Below are positions 39,933 to 49,599 of a stretch of 64,000 nt of DNA, in pieces. The stretch is from positions 64,001 to 128,000 of the IMG/VR virus record IMGVR_UViG_3300035208_002098; one strand, written 5' to 3'. The stretch comes from a virus (Duplodnaviria; Caudoviricetes). The notes under the pieces were generated by a model. That model did not search any database and was not told where the DNA came from. It worked only from the letters and a program-made list of their open reading frames with translations. The stretch's first letter is position 1. Every line of letters begins with the position of its first letter. Position numbers and translations under genes: made by a program.

Positions 39933-40123
39933 TTGTACTTAACATTTTTATTTCAGAATTTATAAAATTCCTTATTCTCTGACTCATATTAAAACCATTT
40001 TTATTACAAATGGTTTTATACGTTTTATGGGTTTCGTCATCTAACTTCACCAATATTCTTTTATCATTCCTCATCGTATATACGTTTATATATAAATATA
40101 TACTAAATAATAAAAAGGGATGG

Positions 40124-40612
40124 TTAAATTATTTTTTTGATTATATTATTTATCAGATTAATTGATTCTTCGGTTATTTCACCACCTTTCTTAATATTCT
40201 TTGTATGATATATGAATCTAAGATTATCGATATGTGCTATAGCTTCAGGTGGTATTTGATTCTTAAACCCGGAATGGATTGGGTATATATGGTCTAAATG
40301 ATATTTTCTAAAACCTCTTTTTTCATGATTCCTTAATATTGTTAAATCGTTTGCCTCTGTCAATAACCATACTTTAATATAATATATTTTTTTAGGTATA
40401 TTTTTAATTGATTTAACTCGATTCTTAATATAAGGGTTTTTCTTTAGTAATATCTGTAATTCCTTTTTTTGTTCTAATTCTTCGGGATTTACTATTATTA
40501 CACTAGCTTCTTTTACAAATTCATTATTACGTCTTACCCAAGTTCCTTTAGGGTCCCATACATATTCACGTTTCCCCTTATAATTTATTGCTCTATATTT
40601 AGTATTATCCAT
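40124..40612 (-). CDS. HNH-like protein
   Basis: YHLDHIYP...NLRFI...NIKK. Confidence 0.6.
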   Translation of the reverse strand: MDNTKYRAINYKGKREYVWDPKGTWVRRNNEFVKEASVIIVNPEELEQKKELQILLKKNPYIKNRVKSIKNIPKKIYYIKVWLLTEANDLTILRNHEKRGFRKYHLDHIYPIHSGFKNQIPPEAIAHIDNLRFIYHTKNIKKGGEITEESINLINNIIKKII

Positions 40613-40814
40613 ACTTATAAATATAGTGTTATTAATTATAATATCAAGGTTTTATCTTATTAGGGTAATCCACTATTACAATATAATCATTTAATGGTTC
40701 AGACCATAGTTTAGTTGCTGGGCAACCATTTATATGACCAGCATTAATTGCTGGGTGCAAACTATTTTTATCTATAATTTTTTTAATTTCAGAAATAGTT
40801 AAATTTTTCATATT

Positions 40815-41507
40815 CTATTTGATTAAATTAGTGATAGCTTCAGCAATTTCAGGTTTACCAATTAATCTTTCAATTGGGTCAGTATCACCATATGTTCGAA
40901 ATAAGTTTAGATTTGTTTTTTCTAATAAATACCCAATGTGTTGATTTTCACGAACCATTTCAACATTATCATTAGCTATAACGGCATCGGAACCACTTTT
41001 ATCCATTGATTCAATAGCTATTGTAAATAATTCATTTAATGTTAAACCAACTTCATATTTAAAACTAACTAAATAAACATTGGGATTCCATTGCTTAATC
41101 ATAGGTAAAACCTTTGGGTTAACTTTAATAGTTTCTCTCATATATTCTATAAAACCTTCTGGGTCATTACTTTTAAGTTTAACCGGTTTAGTTCTATCAA
41201 AACCAAAATCACTAACGGCCATTGCGTGAATAACCACATCCATATTTGGTACTAACTCACTCATTATGGCTACTAGTGAGTTTACATCACTAATCTCATG
41301 ATATCTAATATTTCTATGATTACCATATAAGTTGTATAGTGTTGGTTTACGACTACCCGTTGCATAAACATAATATACTTCATAACCTAACTCATCAAAT
41401 TGTTGTGCTATTTCAGTACTTAAATTACCAGTACTAATATTAGTTAAAACACGAACATCATCAATATGTTCTTTAGTACCACCAGCTGTTATTAAAACTT
41501 TTTTCAT
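40815..41507 (-). CDS. coaB: phosphopantothenate-cysteine ligase
   Basis: LITAGGTKEHIDDVRVLTNISTG, HAMAVSDF, SFKYE, IAND. Confidence 0.88.
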   Translation of the reverse strand: MKKVLITAGGTKEHIDDVRVLTNISTGNLSTEIAQQFDELGYEVYYVYATGSRKPTLYNLYGNHRNIRYHEISDVNSLVAIMSELVPNMDVVIHAMAVSDFGFDRTKPVKLKSNDPEGFIEYMRETIKVNPKVLPMIKQWNPNVYLVSFKYEVGLTLNELFTIAIESMDKSGSDAVIANDNVEMVRENQHIGYLLEKTNLNLFRTYGDTDPIERLIGKPEIAEAITNLIK

Positions 41508-41508
41508 A

Positions 41509-42597
41509 TTATATTTCTTTTGAATTAATTAAATATTGTGTTGGGTCTAATAACCCTTTAGGTTTTGATTCACCTATAAGCCAATCACCATTGTGTAGTG
41601 TATCTTTATCATGTAAAGCTAAATGTAACATACTCATTGGCCTACCTTTATCATGTTTTATTACTGTTCTAACTAAACCAATGGAATCACCAGCTTTAAT
41701 TATATTACCAACTTCTAAATCCTTAAATACCTCAATTTCACCATACACAACAATACCGGAATTACCTCTTGCATAAATAGCTTGTGTGTCATTCCACCAT
41801 GGATAACCAGCAGATGGACCGGTGAAAGCACATATTTCAAGTATTTCACCATCTTCAACTGCTTTAACGATAGCACCATCCGGAGCATATAAATCAACAC
41901 CTTTATGATGGTCGTGTCTTCTACGTACACCTAACGAACCAACGTGTGGGTATATTGGAATATCACATACTTTAGATAAATCAATTTGTCTATTTTCATC
42001 TAAATAATCCAAAAATGAATAAGAGTCATTTGTTGCTATTCGTTTTTTCGAATTTAATGGCCATACCCATTGTTTACTATTATTATATATTTCAAGTGAT
42101 TTACTAACAATATACTCTGGGTCGGGTAATTTACCAATCCCAATAACACCACAAGCTAATAAACCCTCTGTCGCACCAATTATATGATACCCATATGATA
42201 TTAACCCATTAATATTACTTTGAACTATGGGGTTATTATACATCTCAGTATTCATTGCCGGACAAATAATTTTAATTGTATTTTTTGGTATAGCTAAATT
42301 AATTGTTGATACTAAATCATCTGCAATACCATGATAATATTTACCAATAATATTTGCTGTAGCTGGTACAGTTAAAAATATATCACACGATTGAGCTTCT
42401 TCAATATGTGAAATATCGTGTACATTTTCAACAATAAATTTATTAGCTAGTACCCCTACTACAGTTGGTGTTATAAATTTAGTAGCGTTATCCGTCATAA
42501 CAACATGAACTGTGTGGTCACAACCTTTAAATATATTGATAATACTAGCTACTTTATATGCTGCTATACCGCCAGATATGGCAATTAAAACTTTCAT
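41509..42597 (-). CDS. coaC: phosphopantothenoylcysteine decarboxylase fused to an M23-peptidase-like domain
   Basis: ISGGIAAYK, PATANIIGK, PAMNTEM, LACG; then HKGVDLYAP...YGE...MLHL. Confidence 0.82.
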   Translation of the reverse strand: MKVLIAISGGIAAYKVASIINIFKGCDHTVHVVMTDNATKFITPTVVGVLANKFIVENVHDISHIEEAQSCDIFLTVPATANIIGKYYHGIADDLVSTINLAIPKNTIKIICPAMNTEMYNNPIVQSNINGLISYGYHIIGATEGLLACGVIGIGKLPDPEYIVSKSLEIYNNSKQWVWPLNSKKRIATNDSYSFLDYLDENRQIDLSKVCDIPIYPHVGSLGVRRRHDHHKGVDLYAPDGAIVKAVEDGEILEICAFTGPSAGYPWWNDTQAIYARGNSGIVVYGEIEVFKDLEVGNIIKAGDSIGLVRTVIKHDKGRPMSMLHLALHDKDTLHNGDWLIGESKPKGLLDPTQYLINSKEI

Positions 42598-42602
42598 AAT
42601 TA

Positions 42603-43055
42603 TTACATTAAATAATTTAACACTGACTCCCAATCGGGAAATTTTTCTGTTCCAAAATGAATATGTTCCCATTCAGGGATAAAATGACCTGATTGTGGTA
42701 CATCATCAATAAGATAATTACCCCTAGCAATTGTTTTATCTGGGCATAATATAAGACTATGACACATTTCAAAACCTAAATGTTTCTCAATCCAAACCCG
42801 TTTTTCGGTGTATGATAATGGATTAAGAACTGATGGTTTAGTTAATATATAAACTCTATATTTTGTTTTAAGTTTATTTACACCATCTATGGCACCCGGA
42901 ATAGGTTCTAGATTTTCAAAAAATTTATATTGGCTCTGAGGCAATTTATTTCCGGGATTTTCGTGTAATGCTTTCCAAGCAGCATCTCTAAATTTACATA
43001 TGGTATCGTCCATATCTACATATACAACTTCCCGATTATCAACTTCTTCAATCAT
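42603..43055 (-). CDS. 5'(3')-deoxyribonucleotidase (NT5C, HAD)
   Basis: VDMDDTI, EKRVWIEKH, YLIDD. Confidence 0.85.
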   Translation of the reverse strand: MIEEVDNREVVYVDMDDTICKFRDAAWKALHENPGNKLPQSQYKFFENLEPIPGAIDGVNKLKTKYRVYILTKPSVLNPLSYTEKRVWIEKHLGFEMCHSLILCPDKTIARGNYLIDDVPQSGHFIPEWEHIHFGTEKFPDWESVLNYLM

Positions 43056-43269
43056 ATTACGATTTTAATTTTGGAATACCTAATTTATCTCGTAGTTTAA
43101 TTAATTCTCTACGTTCTTTTGCACTAATAGCCATTGCTATTTTTTCTTCATTTGTAGGTTTATCTACGAAGCCTAGATAAGTAAGCATTACTTTATTCAT
43201 AGTTTTTAAATAATTATTTATTATTAAACAAAGATAATAAAAATATTTGAATAAAACAAATATTTACAC

Positions 43270-43500
43270 TTAATTTTTTGTGGAGTATGGTGTTTTATCA
43301 CCGTTTCGTTCTCTATTTAAAATAGCATATTGTCTTTCAGATGCCCAACCATTTTGTTTTTGCATAATTGTATTAAGTATATCTAGTGCATATTTACTAC
43401 TTAATACTTGCCTCCAATATTTTTCAGATTTAATCTCTTTAGAATAAATTGGATTATCAACTAAACCTTCTCTTAATCTATTTTTTATAAATTCTTTCAT
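43270..43500 (-). CDS. hypothetical protein with RLRE N-terminus
   Basis: MKEFIKNRLRE; ATATTTATA upstream. Confidence 0.55.
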   Translation of the reverse strand: MKEFIKNRLREGLVDNPIYSKEIKSEKYWRQVLSSKYALDILNTIMQKQNGWASERQYAILNRERNGDKTPYSTKN

Positions 43501-43759
43501 ATACTATAAATATAATTTAATATAATAAAATAACCTAATAACTAGATTTAATTCCAATTATTAGGCATAATAAATAGATTTTTTTTATTTTTAATCTAAA
43601 TATAAATCAAAATTGTAGATACAAAATGAATCAAACCAAATTCCCCGGTTATACCAAAGATTTAAATCTTCTTTACTACATAATTCCATTTGATTTAAAA
43701 TGAAATCACCTACTTTTTGTAAAATTTTATTTCTTATTTTTATCATAATATTTTATTTA

Positions 43760-44815
43760 TTAATATCCGTAAGTTAATTGTTTTATTTGTGCTTTTTTAA
43801 GTTTAAATTCAACATCTTTAAATGTAAATTTAAAACCATTTTCGATTATACTAAAATTAGTGCATTCGTTATACATATAATATTCATCAAAGTCATCCAA
43901 AACGTCTTTATTATCTTCATTTTTAATTGTGCCACCCCAATAAAAATCTAAATTAAAACTACAATTAATATCTAAAGGGTTAAAGTCATTAAAAATACCA
44001 GAAGTTGTTTTATTTGTTATTAAATGTCTTGCTGTAAAATCAAATGATATAGCTTCACTTTCTAAATTTAAATAAAAGAATAACTCATTAACATTACTTG
44101 AATCATTAAAATTAATTTCTTCTATTATAGCATTTAATACGTCCATATTAACATTACCAAGTATAGTACAAGCTTTTATAGCATTATCGATATGTATTTT
44201 ATTTATTAATTTATCATTTAATATTAAACCAATTTCATCTAATGATAAATCTTTAAAATCTATTTTATAATAAATTCTAGATGGTCTATTTTTTAAAAAA
44301 TAATTAACTCGATTATCAGCATTTGAGGTCATTAAAACTAAAATTTTATTACGCCCCCACCCATCTAATAACGGTAATAAAACTTCCTGATGTTCATTAT
44401 CATAAACTTTCTCAAATTCATCAATAAATAATATAAATTTTTGGCTTATTTCACTAATGAAACCAACAAAATCACCTTCATCATATGCTTTATTCAATAT
44501 AATTATAGGTAATTTAGCTTCATTACATATTAATTTAGCTGTTAATGATTTACCAGAACCTTTTTTACCATTAAGTAAAACACCTAAGTTTTTATCTCTT
44601 TCATAATACCTTTTTAATACTTTATCACAAATTATTTGGCAATTACCATATATTTTAGTAGGCATTTCAAATGTACTAATATCATTCATCATAAGAGAAA
44701 ATTGTTTAGTTAATGGATTTTGTATTACAGTATATATACCTAATGGTAACCCTTTAATAAACTCAGCATCTGCTGAATGTAAACTATAATTTGTACCTTG
44801 TCTTAAAATCTTCAT
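43760..44815 (-). CDS. AAA+ ATPase
   Basis: GKKGSGKS, FIDEFEK, NRPSRI; start MKILRQG. Confidence 0.85.
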   Translation of the reverse strand: MKILRQGTNYSLHSADAEFIKGLPLGIYTVIQNPLTKQFSLMMNDISTFEMPTKIYGNCQIICDKVLKRYYERDKNLGVLLNGKKGSGKSLTAKLICNEAKLPIIILNKAYDEGDFVGFISEISQKFILFIDEFEKVYDNEHQEVLLPLLDGWGRNKILVLMTSNADNRVNYFLKNRPSRIYYKIDFKDLSLDEIGLILNDKLINKIHIDNAIKACTILGNVNMDVLNAIIEEINFNDSSNVNELFFYLNLESEAISFDFTARHLITNKTTSGIFNDFNPLDINCSFNLDFYWGGTIKNEDNKDVLDDFDEYYMYNECTNFSIIENGFKFTFKDVEFKLKKAQIKQLTYGY

Positions 44816-44841
44816 ACATTTGTTTTTAAAATTAATAAAAG

Positions 44842-44925
44842 TGATGGTAATGGGATTCGAACCAACATACGTCATGACCTTCCGATTAAATGTCGGGTGC
44901 TCTAACCAGACTGAGCTATACCATC
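44842..44925 (-). tRNA. atypical tRNA (TTT anticodon, A33, long variable region)
   Basis: canonical D/T arms; CCGA-CATTTAA-TCGG. Confidence 0.55.
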
Positions 44926-45062
44926 ATAAGTTTTTTAGTTGGTCAGGGCCAACATAGAACCGTATTTACCAAACTAAAAGCCCCACATGTGTCGGATGTG
45001 AACCGGTGGTTTATATTCTTGATTATCGAGCATTTAAAACAACCTAAAACTTTCGCTACGTG

Positions 45063-45189
45063 TGGTGATAATAGGATTTGAACCTATGCCATTATAAAGT
45101 TAATAGAAATCTCAATTAACCATTCAATTTCATCTTTATAACCTAACCTAACTATCGTTAGTGCTCTCACCGGACTGAGCTATACCATC
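45063..45189 (-). ncRNA. tRNA-like RNA with tetraloop in place of the anticodon loop and a giant variable arm
   Basis: GCTC/GAGC D arm, CTAAC-GATA-GTTAG, about 55-nt extra arm, T arm. Confidence 0.6.
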
Positions 45190-45381
45190 ATTTTTGCCCT
45201 TAAGTTGAACACATGAGAGTTCAGTTATTGCCTTGGGACTTTTGGCTATTTAATACTAAATAAATACCCTCATGGACTTAACTACATTACCACTACTCTC
45301 TTTATCTCCTACTTATTTTTAGCTCTTTACCTTTGTAGTAGACTCAAGCCTTATTAAAGTGTACGTTCAACGAACAACCTG

Positions 45382-45476
45382 TGATACTAGATGGACTCGA
45401 ACCAACAACCCCTTGACCTACTTTACACATCATGTATTTCGTTGCAAGTCCTCTACCAATTAAGAGATATAGTACC
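45382..45476 (-). ncRNA. tRNA-like RNA with extended anticodon-position hairpin
   Basis: GGTACTA/TAGTATC acceptor, D and T arms, CTTG...CAAG enclosing about 29 nt. Confidence 0.55.
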
Positions 45477-45518
45477 AAATTAATTTTTTATCTATTCAAT
45501 ATTCCATAATGTCTAAAG

Positions 45519-45590
45519 TGGTGATGGGTGGAATTGAACCACCGACACATGGATTTTCAGTCCATTGCTCTACCCCTGAGCTACATCACC
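45519..45590 (-). tRNA. tRNA-Phe(GAA)
   Basis: ATGGA-CTGAAAA-TCCAT, canonical. Confidence 0.9.
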
Positions 45591-45672
45591 ATATTTACCT
45601 CGGTTACAAACCGAGGGTTTTTTCCACGACCAATTATATTATTAATTAACCTTAGAATTTTATTACATCCAG

Positions 45673-45834
45673 TAGAAATGATTGGATTCGAACCAATGAC
45701 CTTCTCACTTATGAGGTGAGTCGTTCTGATTAATATTTCTGACTTCCCTAGAAGTGTTTTACTCTATTAACCCCAAGTTGTGAATCCCATCCCTATTTTA
45801 CTAGAGCCAACTTAGCCACTCAACGTACATTTCT
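45673..45834 (-). tRNA. tRNA(CAT) (Met or Ile2) with about 90-nt D-loop insertion
   Basis: AGAAATG/CATTTCT acceptor, CGTT/AACG D stem, CTCAC-CTCATAA-GTGAG, T arm. Confidence 0.62.
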
Positions 45835-45836
45835 AG

Positions 45837-45912
45837 TGGCGATTTACTGAATCGAACAGCAACGGGTATATCTACCAAAGGATTCATGAGGTCCTCGTTT
45901 CCACATATCGCC
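45837..45912 (-). tRNA. degenerate tRNA(CAT)-like, truncated D arm
   Basis: GGCGAT/ATCGCC acceptor, loop CTCATGA. Confidence 0.4.
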
Positions 45913-46010
45913 AAATTTAACAATCTCTTACTTAAAGACAATCCACGAATTCCTAAACTCGCTTCTAAGCCCCTACTACTTCTTAAATTGTTTAATATTA
46001 AAAAATTAAT

Positions 46011-46135
46011 AACAATATTGATTTTTTTACGTGCTCTACCAACTGAGCTATATTATCAATTACTTGATAATAGGTGGGTTCGAACCACCGACCACGAGCT
46101 TAACAGGCTGATTTTAAATTGCTGAAACAATATTT
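46011..46135 (-). ncRNA. YrlA-like Y RNA (circularly permuted tRNA module)
   Basis: AATATTG..CAGCAA...CAATATT closing stem; T arm, GTAA-capped acceptor stem, then D arm. Confidence 0.68.
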
Positions 46136-46243
46136 TATATTAATTTAGTTCTATATTGAGGACTCGAACCCACATGTACTCCACTAATAGTAATATTAGT
46201 CAGTATTATAGTACCGTGAGATTTTACCCTCACAGCTTAATTA

Positions 46244-46372
46244 ATTAAATGATAGGACTCGAACCTATACTAGACGGGAAACCGGGTTGGGACCTATTAG
46301 GCTGTTCTGATTACCGTGTACATACTATTTTAACCCTCGACCAGCGTGTATTCCAATTCCACCACACTTTAA
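46244..46372 (-). ncRNA. tRNA-like RNA with Leu-type D arm and about 75-nt anticodon-position insert
   Basis: GGTGGAATTGGAATACAC and ATAGGTTCGAGTCCTAT. Confidence 0.5.
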
Positions 46373-46392
46373 TTAATTGTTTTTTTTTGATT

Positions 46393-46673
46393 ACAGATTC
46401 ATGACTAGTAGTAGACGAAACTACTGTATGTCTTTACGGCTGCCGTAAAACGTGCTTTCGGGCACAAGAGTCTATCCTTGCTAACCAACCCATTGTTTAC
46501 TAAACCCATGTGGTAAAACGAATATTTCTATTCTCCCACTGATTATTCAACCACATCGCCACCGGGCACTACATGCTTTTCTTTTACCGTACTAACATGA
46601 GTATATCGCTATCATATTTCTATGCTTCGCTACCTTAGAACCATTATTTTTTTATATTGCAGTAATGAATCTT
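46393..46673 (-). ncRNA. long Y-RNA-like element
   Basis: AGATTCAT..CTGCAA...ATGAATCTGT closing stem around about 240 nt of GC-richer sequence. Confidence 0.4.
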
Positions 46674-47036
46674 TAAATCATTTTAAGTAATTATTACGAG
46701 GTGAAGAAGCATATTCTCTTTGAACTATTACCATTCGAGAACCACACGGGTAGCGTGGTGACCAATATTAAACATCATCAGACATTTATTTATATATAGT
46801 CTATTCCTTAATTCTTTCTAAAGCGTGTACCTTAATTACTTATTTCTTTTAATTAATCACCAATGGATACTTCTTCTCGCTGCGGTCTTGTCTAAACAAA
46901 ACTAGTGGATACTGAAGATATTACACCATGGTATTGATTAATTATATTTTTATTCTGTCAATGAACTTTGTATTTTTAATTACACTGCAAAGATAAATAT
47001 TATATTTGACATGTGCAAGTAAAATCGTATTTATTT

Positions 47037-47894
47037 TTATAAAATGTTAAAATTATAATCAGATACTTTTTCAGGTAATGTTAATCTTTTACATTTTTCA
47101 CCACATCTAAATTTATTCCAAGCCATTACGATATAAGCGTTTACTGATGTTTGGGTTAAATCAAACTCTTTATCCATTTTTTTTCTTATCAATTTATTTC
47201 GTAAAATTGCTATTGGTGAATTAGCCTCTAACATTTCACCTGAAGATAATTTATGGATAAATATATCAGCATCTTCTTTATTAATAAGACTAAATAAATA
47301 ATGAAAACTACTTAAAGTTGTTGCATTACATATAGCATATTTTTTATAATAATGTAAACCAAATGTTATACTACCATCTATATTACCCTCTTCACCTAAT
47401 AAATCATAATATTCTAATATATCTGCATTTGATAAAGTTCTTATAGTACTTCTATTATGTGAGAATAAATTTTTTCGAAAACCAAATATAGTTTTAATTA
47501 CTGCAGCTGTTTGACAATAATTCTTAACACCAGCTATTGCTAACATATCAGCACCGTCACGTTTATCACCAGTATCCATTACTTTAAACGACTCATTATC
47601 TAAACCACGAATAACCGAAAATTTATAAGTTTTATTAGCTTTTACTAATGCAGTTAATCTATGTCGGCCATCAATTAATTCATTATTTTGATTAAATCTA
47701 ATTGGTGAACCATCAAATAACCAATTACCTATTTCCATTTCTTTCACCAAAAAATTAACATTAGTTTTTGATAACGGCCTATTATTATAAGTGTCCGCAT
47801 CTAATATTTCTTTAGCCATTTCTGGTGTTATATCTATTTCTTCATAAATACGCTTTTGGTCATTACTACCTTCTAAAATTTCATTTACTATCAT
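47037..47894 (-). CDS. ParB/Srx-like N-terminal domain protein
   Basis: NNRPL, LIDGRHRLTA, MDTGDKR. Confidence 0.7.
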   Translation of the reverse strand: MIVNEILEGSNDQKRIYEEIDITPEMAKEILDADTYNNRPLSKTNVNFLVKEMEIGNWLFDGSPIRFNQNNELIDGRHRLTALVKANKTYKFSVIRGLDNESFKVMDTGDKRDGADMLAIAGVKNYCQTAAVIKTIFGFRKNLFSHNRSTIRTLSNADILEYYDLLGEEGNIDGSITFGLHYYKKYAICNATTLSSFHYLFSLINKEDADIFIHKLSSGEMLEANSPIAILRNKLIRKKMDKEFDLTQTSVNAYIVMAWNKFRCGEKCKRLTLPEKVSDYNFNIL

Positions 47895-47960
47895 ATTACA
47901 TTATTTAATTATTTAATAATGCAAAGATAAAAAAAGAATTTGATATATTCAAGTTTTTTA

Positions 47961-48149
47961 CTAAAAATTAAAATAATTTTTAAATAAAATAAAAAGCATT
48001 ACTGTTGTAGCTAATGTTTCCAAAGCATTAACCCATTTCCAAAATAAACCCATATCAGTATTAAATGCTGACCGTACTCCTATTATTAATCTAATATTTA
48101 GGTAAATTAAATTAATAACACCTAGAAAAATTAAAACATTTATTATCAT
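47961..48149 (-). CDS. small membrane protein
   Basis: two hydrophobic helices; promoter upstream. Confidence 0.5.
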   Translation of the reverse strand: MIINVLIFLGVINLIYLNIRLIIGVRSAFNTDMGLFWKWVNALETLATTVMLFILFKNYFNF

Positions 48150-48218
48150 CTTATAAAATTTAAATTAATACTATGCAAATATAAATAAAATAATTAACAT
48201 TACCAAATAATTTAAGAA

Positions 48219-48861
48219 TTATTTCATAACACCTAAAAATTCCTTAGTTTTATTGAACCCTATTAAATTTGCTATATTTTTAAGGATACCAGTTCTACTG
48301 GCTACATTATGTGATTGATACTGACTTATTAAATTAACTATATCAGCTTCCTTATCTCTATTTAAAGCCATTTTATAATCTACTATATCACCAAGACTCA
48401 TAAATAATGACCATTTATAAATGTTGAATCTATTAATATTGAACTAGTTGGTCTAACTTTAACTGTGGCATAATCACCACCAGCCTTCGAAGGGTCCCAA
48501 ATATTAAAAGCTTCTATTATATTTGTTGGCCTGTATGGTACACCACTTTGATATTCTTTGGTTAATCCAGCATATTCCCAATACTTTTGTTCTGGTATTA
48601 CAATGTCTAAATCACCAATAGTAGAGTTTAAATTGAAGAATTCTCTTAATTTAGGGTATAAATATAATCTAGCTGAACCAGCTATAAAATAATTACGTTG
48701 TTTAGGGTCAATACCAAATTTATTGAATACTAATTCATCCGCTTGTTGTAATAACGAATTTAAATTTACATCACCAGATACTTCCTCTTCTAACGTGTTT
48801 AAAAAATCTTTTATTATTATATCTTTATTATATCTTTAGTGTATAACTCAAATAATCTCAT
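48219..48861 (-). pseudogene. Pol-beta-type nucleotidyltransferase-like gene with two lesions
   Basis: IAGSARL...GDLDIV; 11-nt tandem duplication (TAAAGATATAA x2) near 48817-48838 and a 1-nt loss near 48402. Confidence 0.62.
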
Positions 48862-49144
48862 ATTTCCTAATTTTATCTACTTTATCTTTATTATAAATAT
48901 TATCAAAAGTTAATATCTTAAAAGATAACAAAATAAAAAATGGGTGTGGACCTTTTAAAAATAAAAAATTATATGCTGACCATTTAGCTTTTAAATAATA
49001 TTTTTCTTGTAACATATCAGGTAATAAATCTTCATTCTCATCAACATACTTCCAGTCATAGGTCATACATACATTATTAACCCTTTTCATGAAGAAGTAG
49101 AATTCGAATATTCTTACTAATATTATTATAACTAAAATTATCAT
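48848..49144 (-). CDS. hypothetical protein
   Basis: 98-aa ORF with hydrophobic N-terminus. Confidence 0.5.
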   Translation of the reverse strand: MIILVIIILVRIFEFYFFMKRVNNVCMTYDWKYVDENEDLLPDMLQEKYYLKAKWSAYNFLFLKGPHPFFILLSFKILTFDNIYNKDKVDKIRKYEII

Positions 49145-49276
49145 ATCTATAAATATTTAATACAAATATACAAATAATATTTTAATAAACAAAATAAATA
49201 CCATAAAAAAGCTCATTAGAGCTCATATTAAATCTTTTATGAGCTCTAATAGGTGAGAAAATGAGCTTAATTTGTG

Positions 49277-49351
49277 TGGAAGTCATGGGTATCGAACCCA
49301 CCTCACTCTGATTGCAAATCAAAATCGCCTTGCCTTGGTTCATGCACCCCC
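49277..49351 (-). tRNA. tRNA-Ala(TGC), atypical D arm
   Basis: G3:U70, TTTGA-TTTGCAA-TCAGA. Confidence 0.65.
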
Positions 49352-49355
49352 AGTT

Positions 49356-49448
49356 ACAGGTTAGTTATTTTTTGACGGATTTGAACCGTCTAGCATTTGA
49401 GTTTGAATCAATTGTTTTAACCATTTAGTTTTTGCTGAAACTAACCTT
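49356..49448 (-). ncRNA. Y-RNA-like element with T arm
   Basis: AGGTTAGTT.CAGCAA...GACGGTTCAAATCCGTC...AACTAACCTGT. Confidence 0.55.
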
Positions 49449-49520
49449 TAGTTTAATTATTATTTTGTATACATATATGTTTACTTATTTACATTTTTGT
49501 AAACATATGTGATGACTTTG

Positions 49521-49594
49521 TGGAGCCAATGGGACTTGAACCCACAACCTCTTCCGTGCAAGGGAAGTATTCTAGCCAATTGAAATATGACCCC
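49521..49594 (-). tRNA. tRNA-Ala(TGC)
   Basis: G3:U70, CTTCC-CTTGCAC-GGAAG. Confidence 0.88.
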
Positions 49595-49599
49595 ATTAT

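Noticed and set aside
41509-44875. Extended track starts for 41509-42672 and 43760-44875
   Set aside because: The extensions overlap the upstream gene or a tRNA. ATG starts at 42597 and 44815 fit the domain boundaries better.
44842-44925. Ochre suppressor (TTA) that could read through 59432
   Set aside because: The stem register places TTT at 34-36 (loop CATTTAA). A TTA reading needs a shifted, unpaired stem.
32367-46125. Track ORFs at 32367, 33758, 33844, 34769, 36394, 44890, 45528 and 45886
   Set aside because: They overlap tRNA or tRNA-like genes and are chance translations of GC-richer RNA genes.
46685-46840. Hammerhead ribozyme (CTGATGA present on the minus strand)
   Set aside because: No correctly placed GAAA or stems II/III found.
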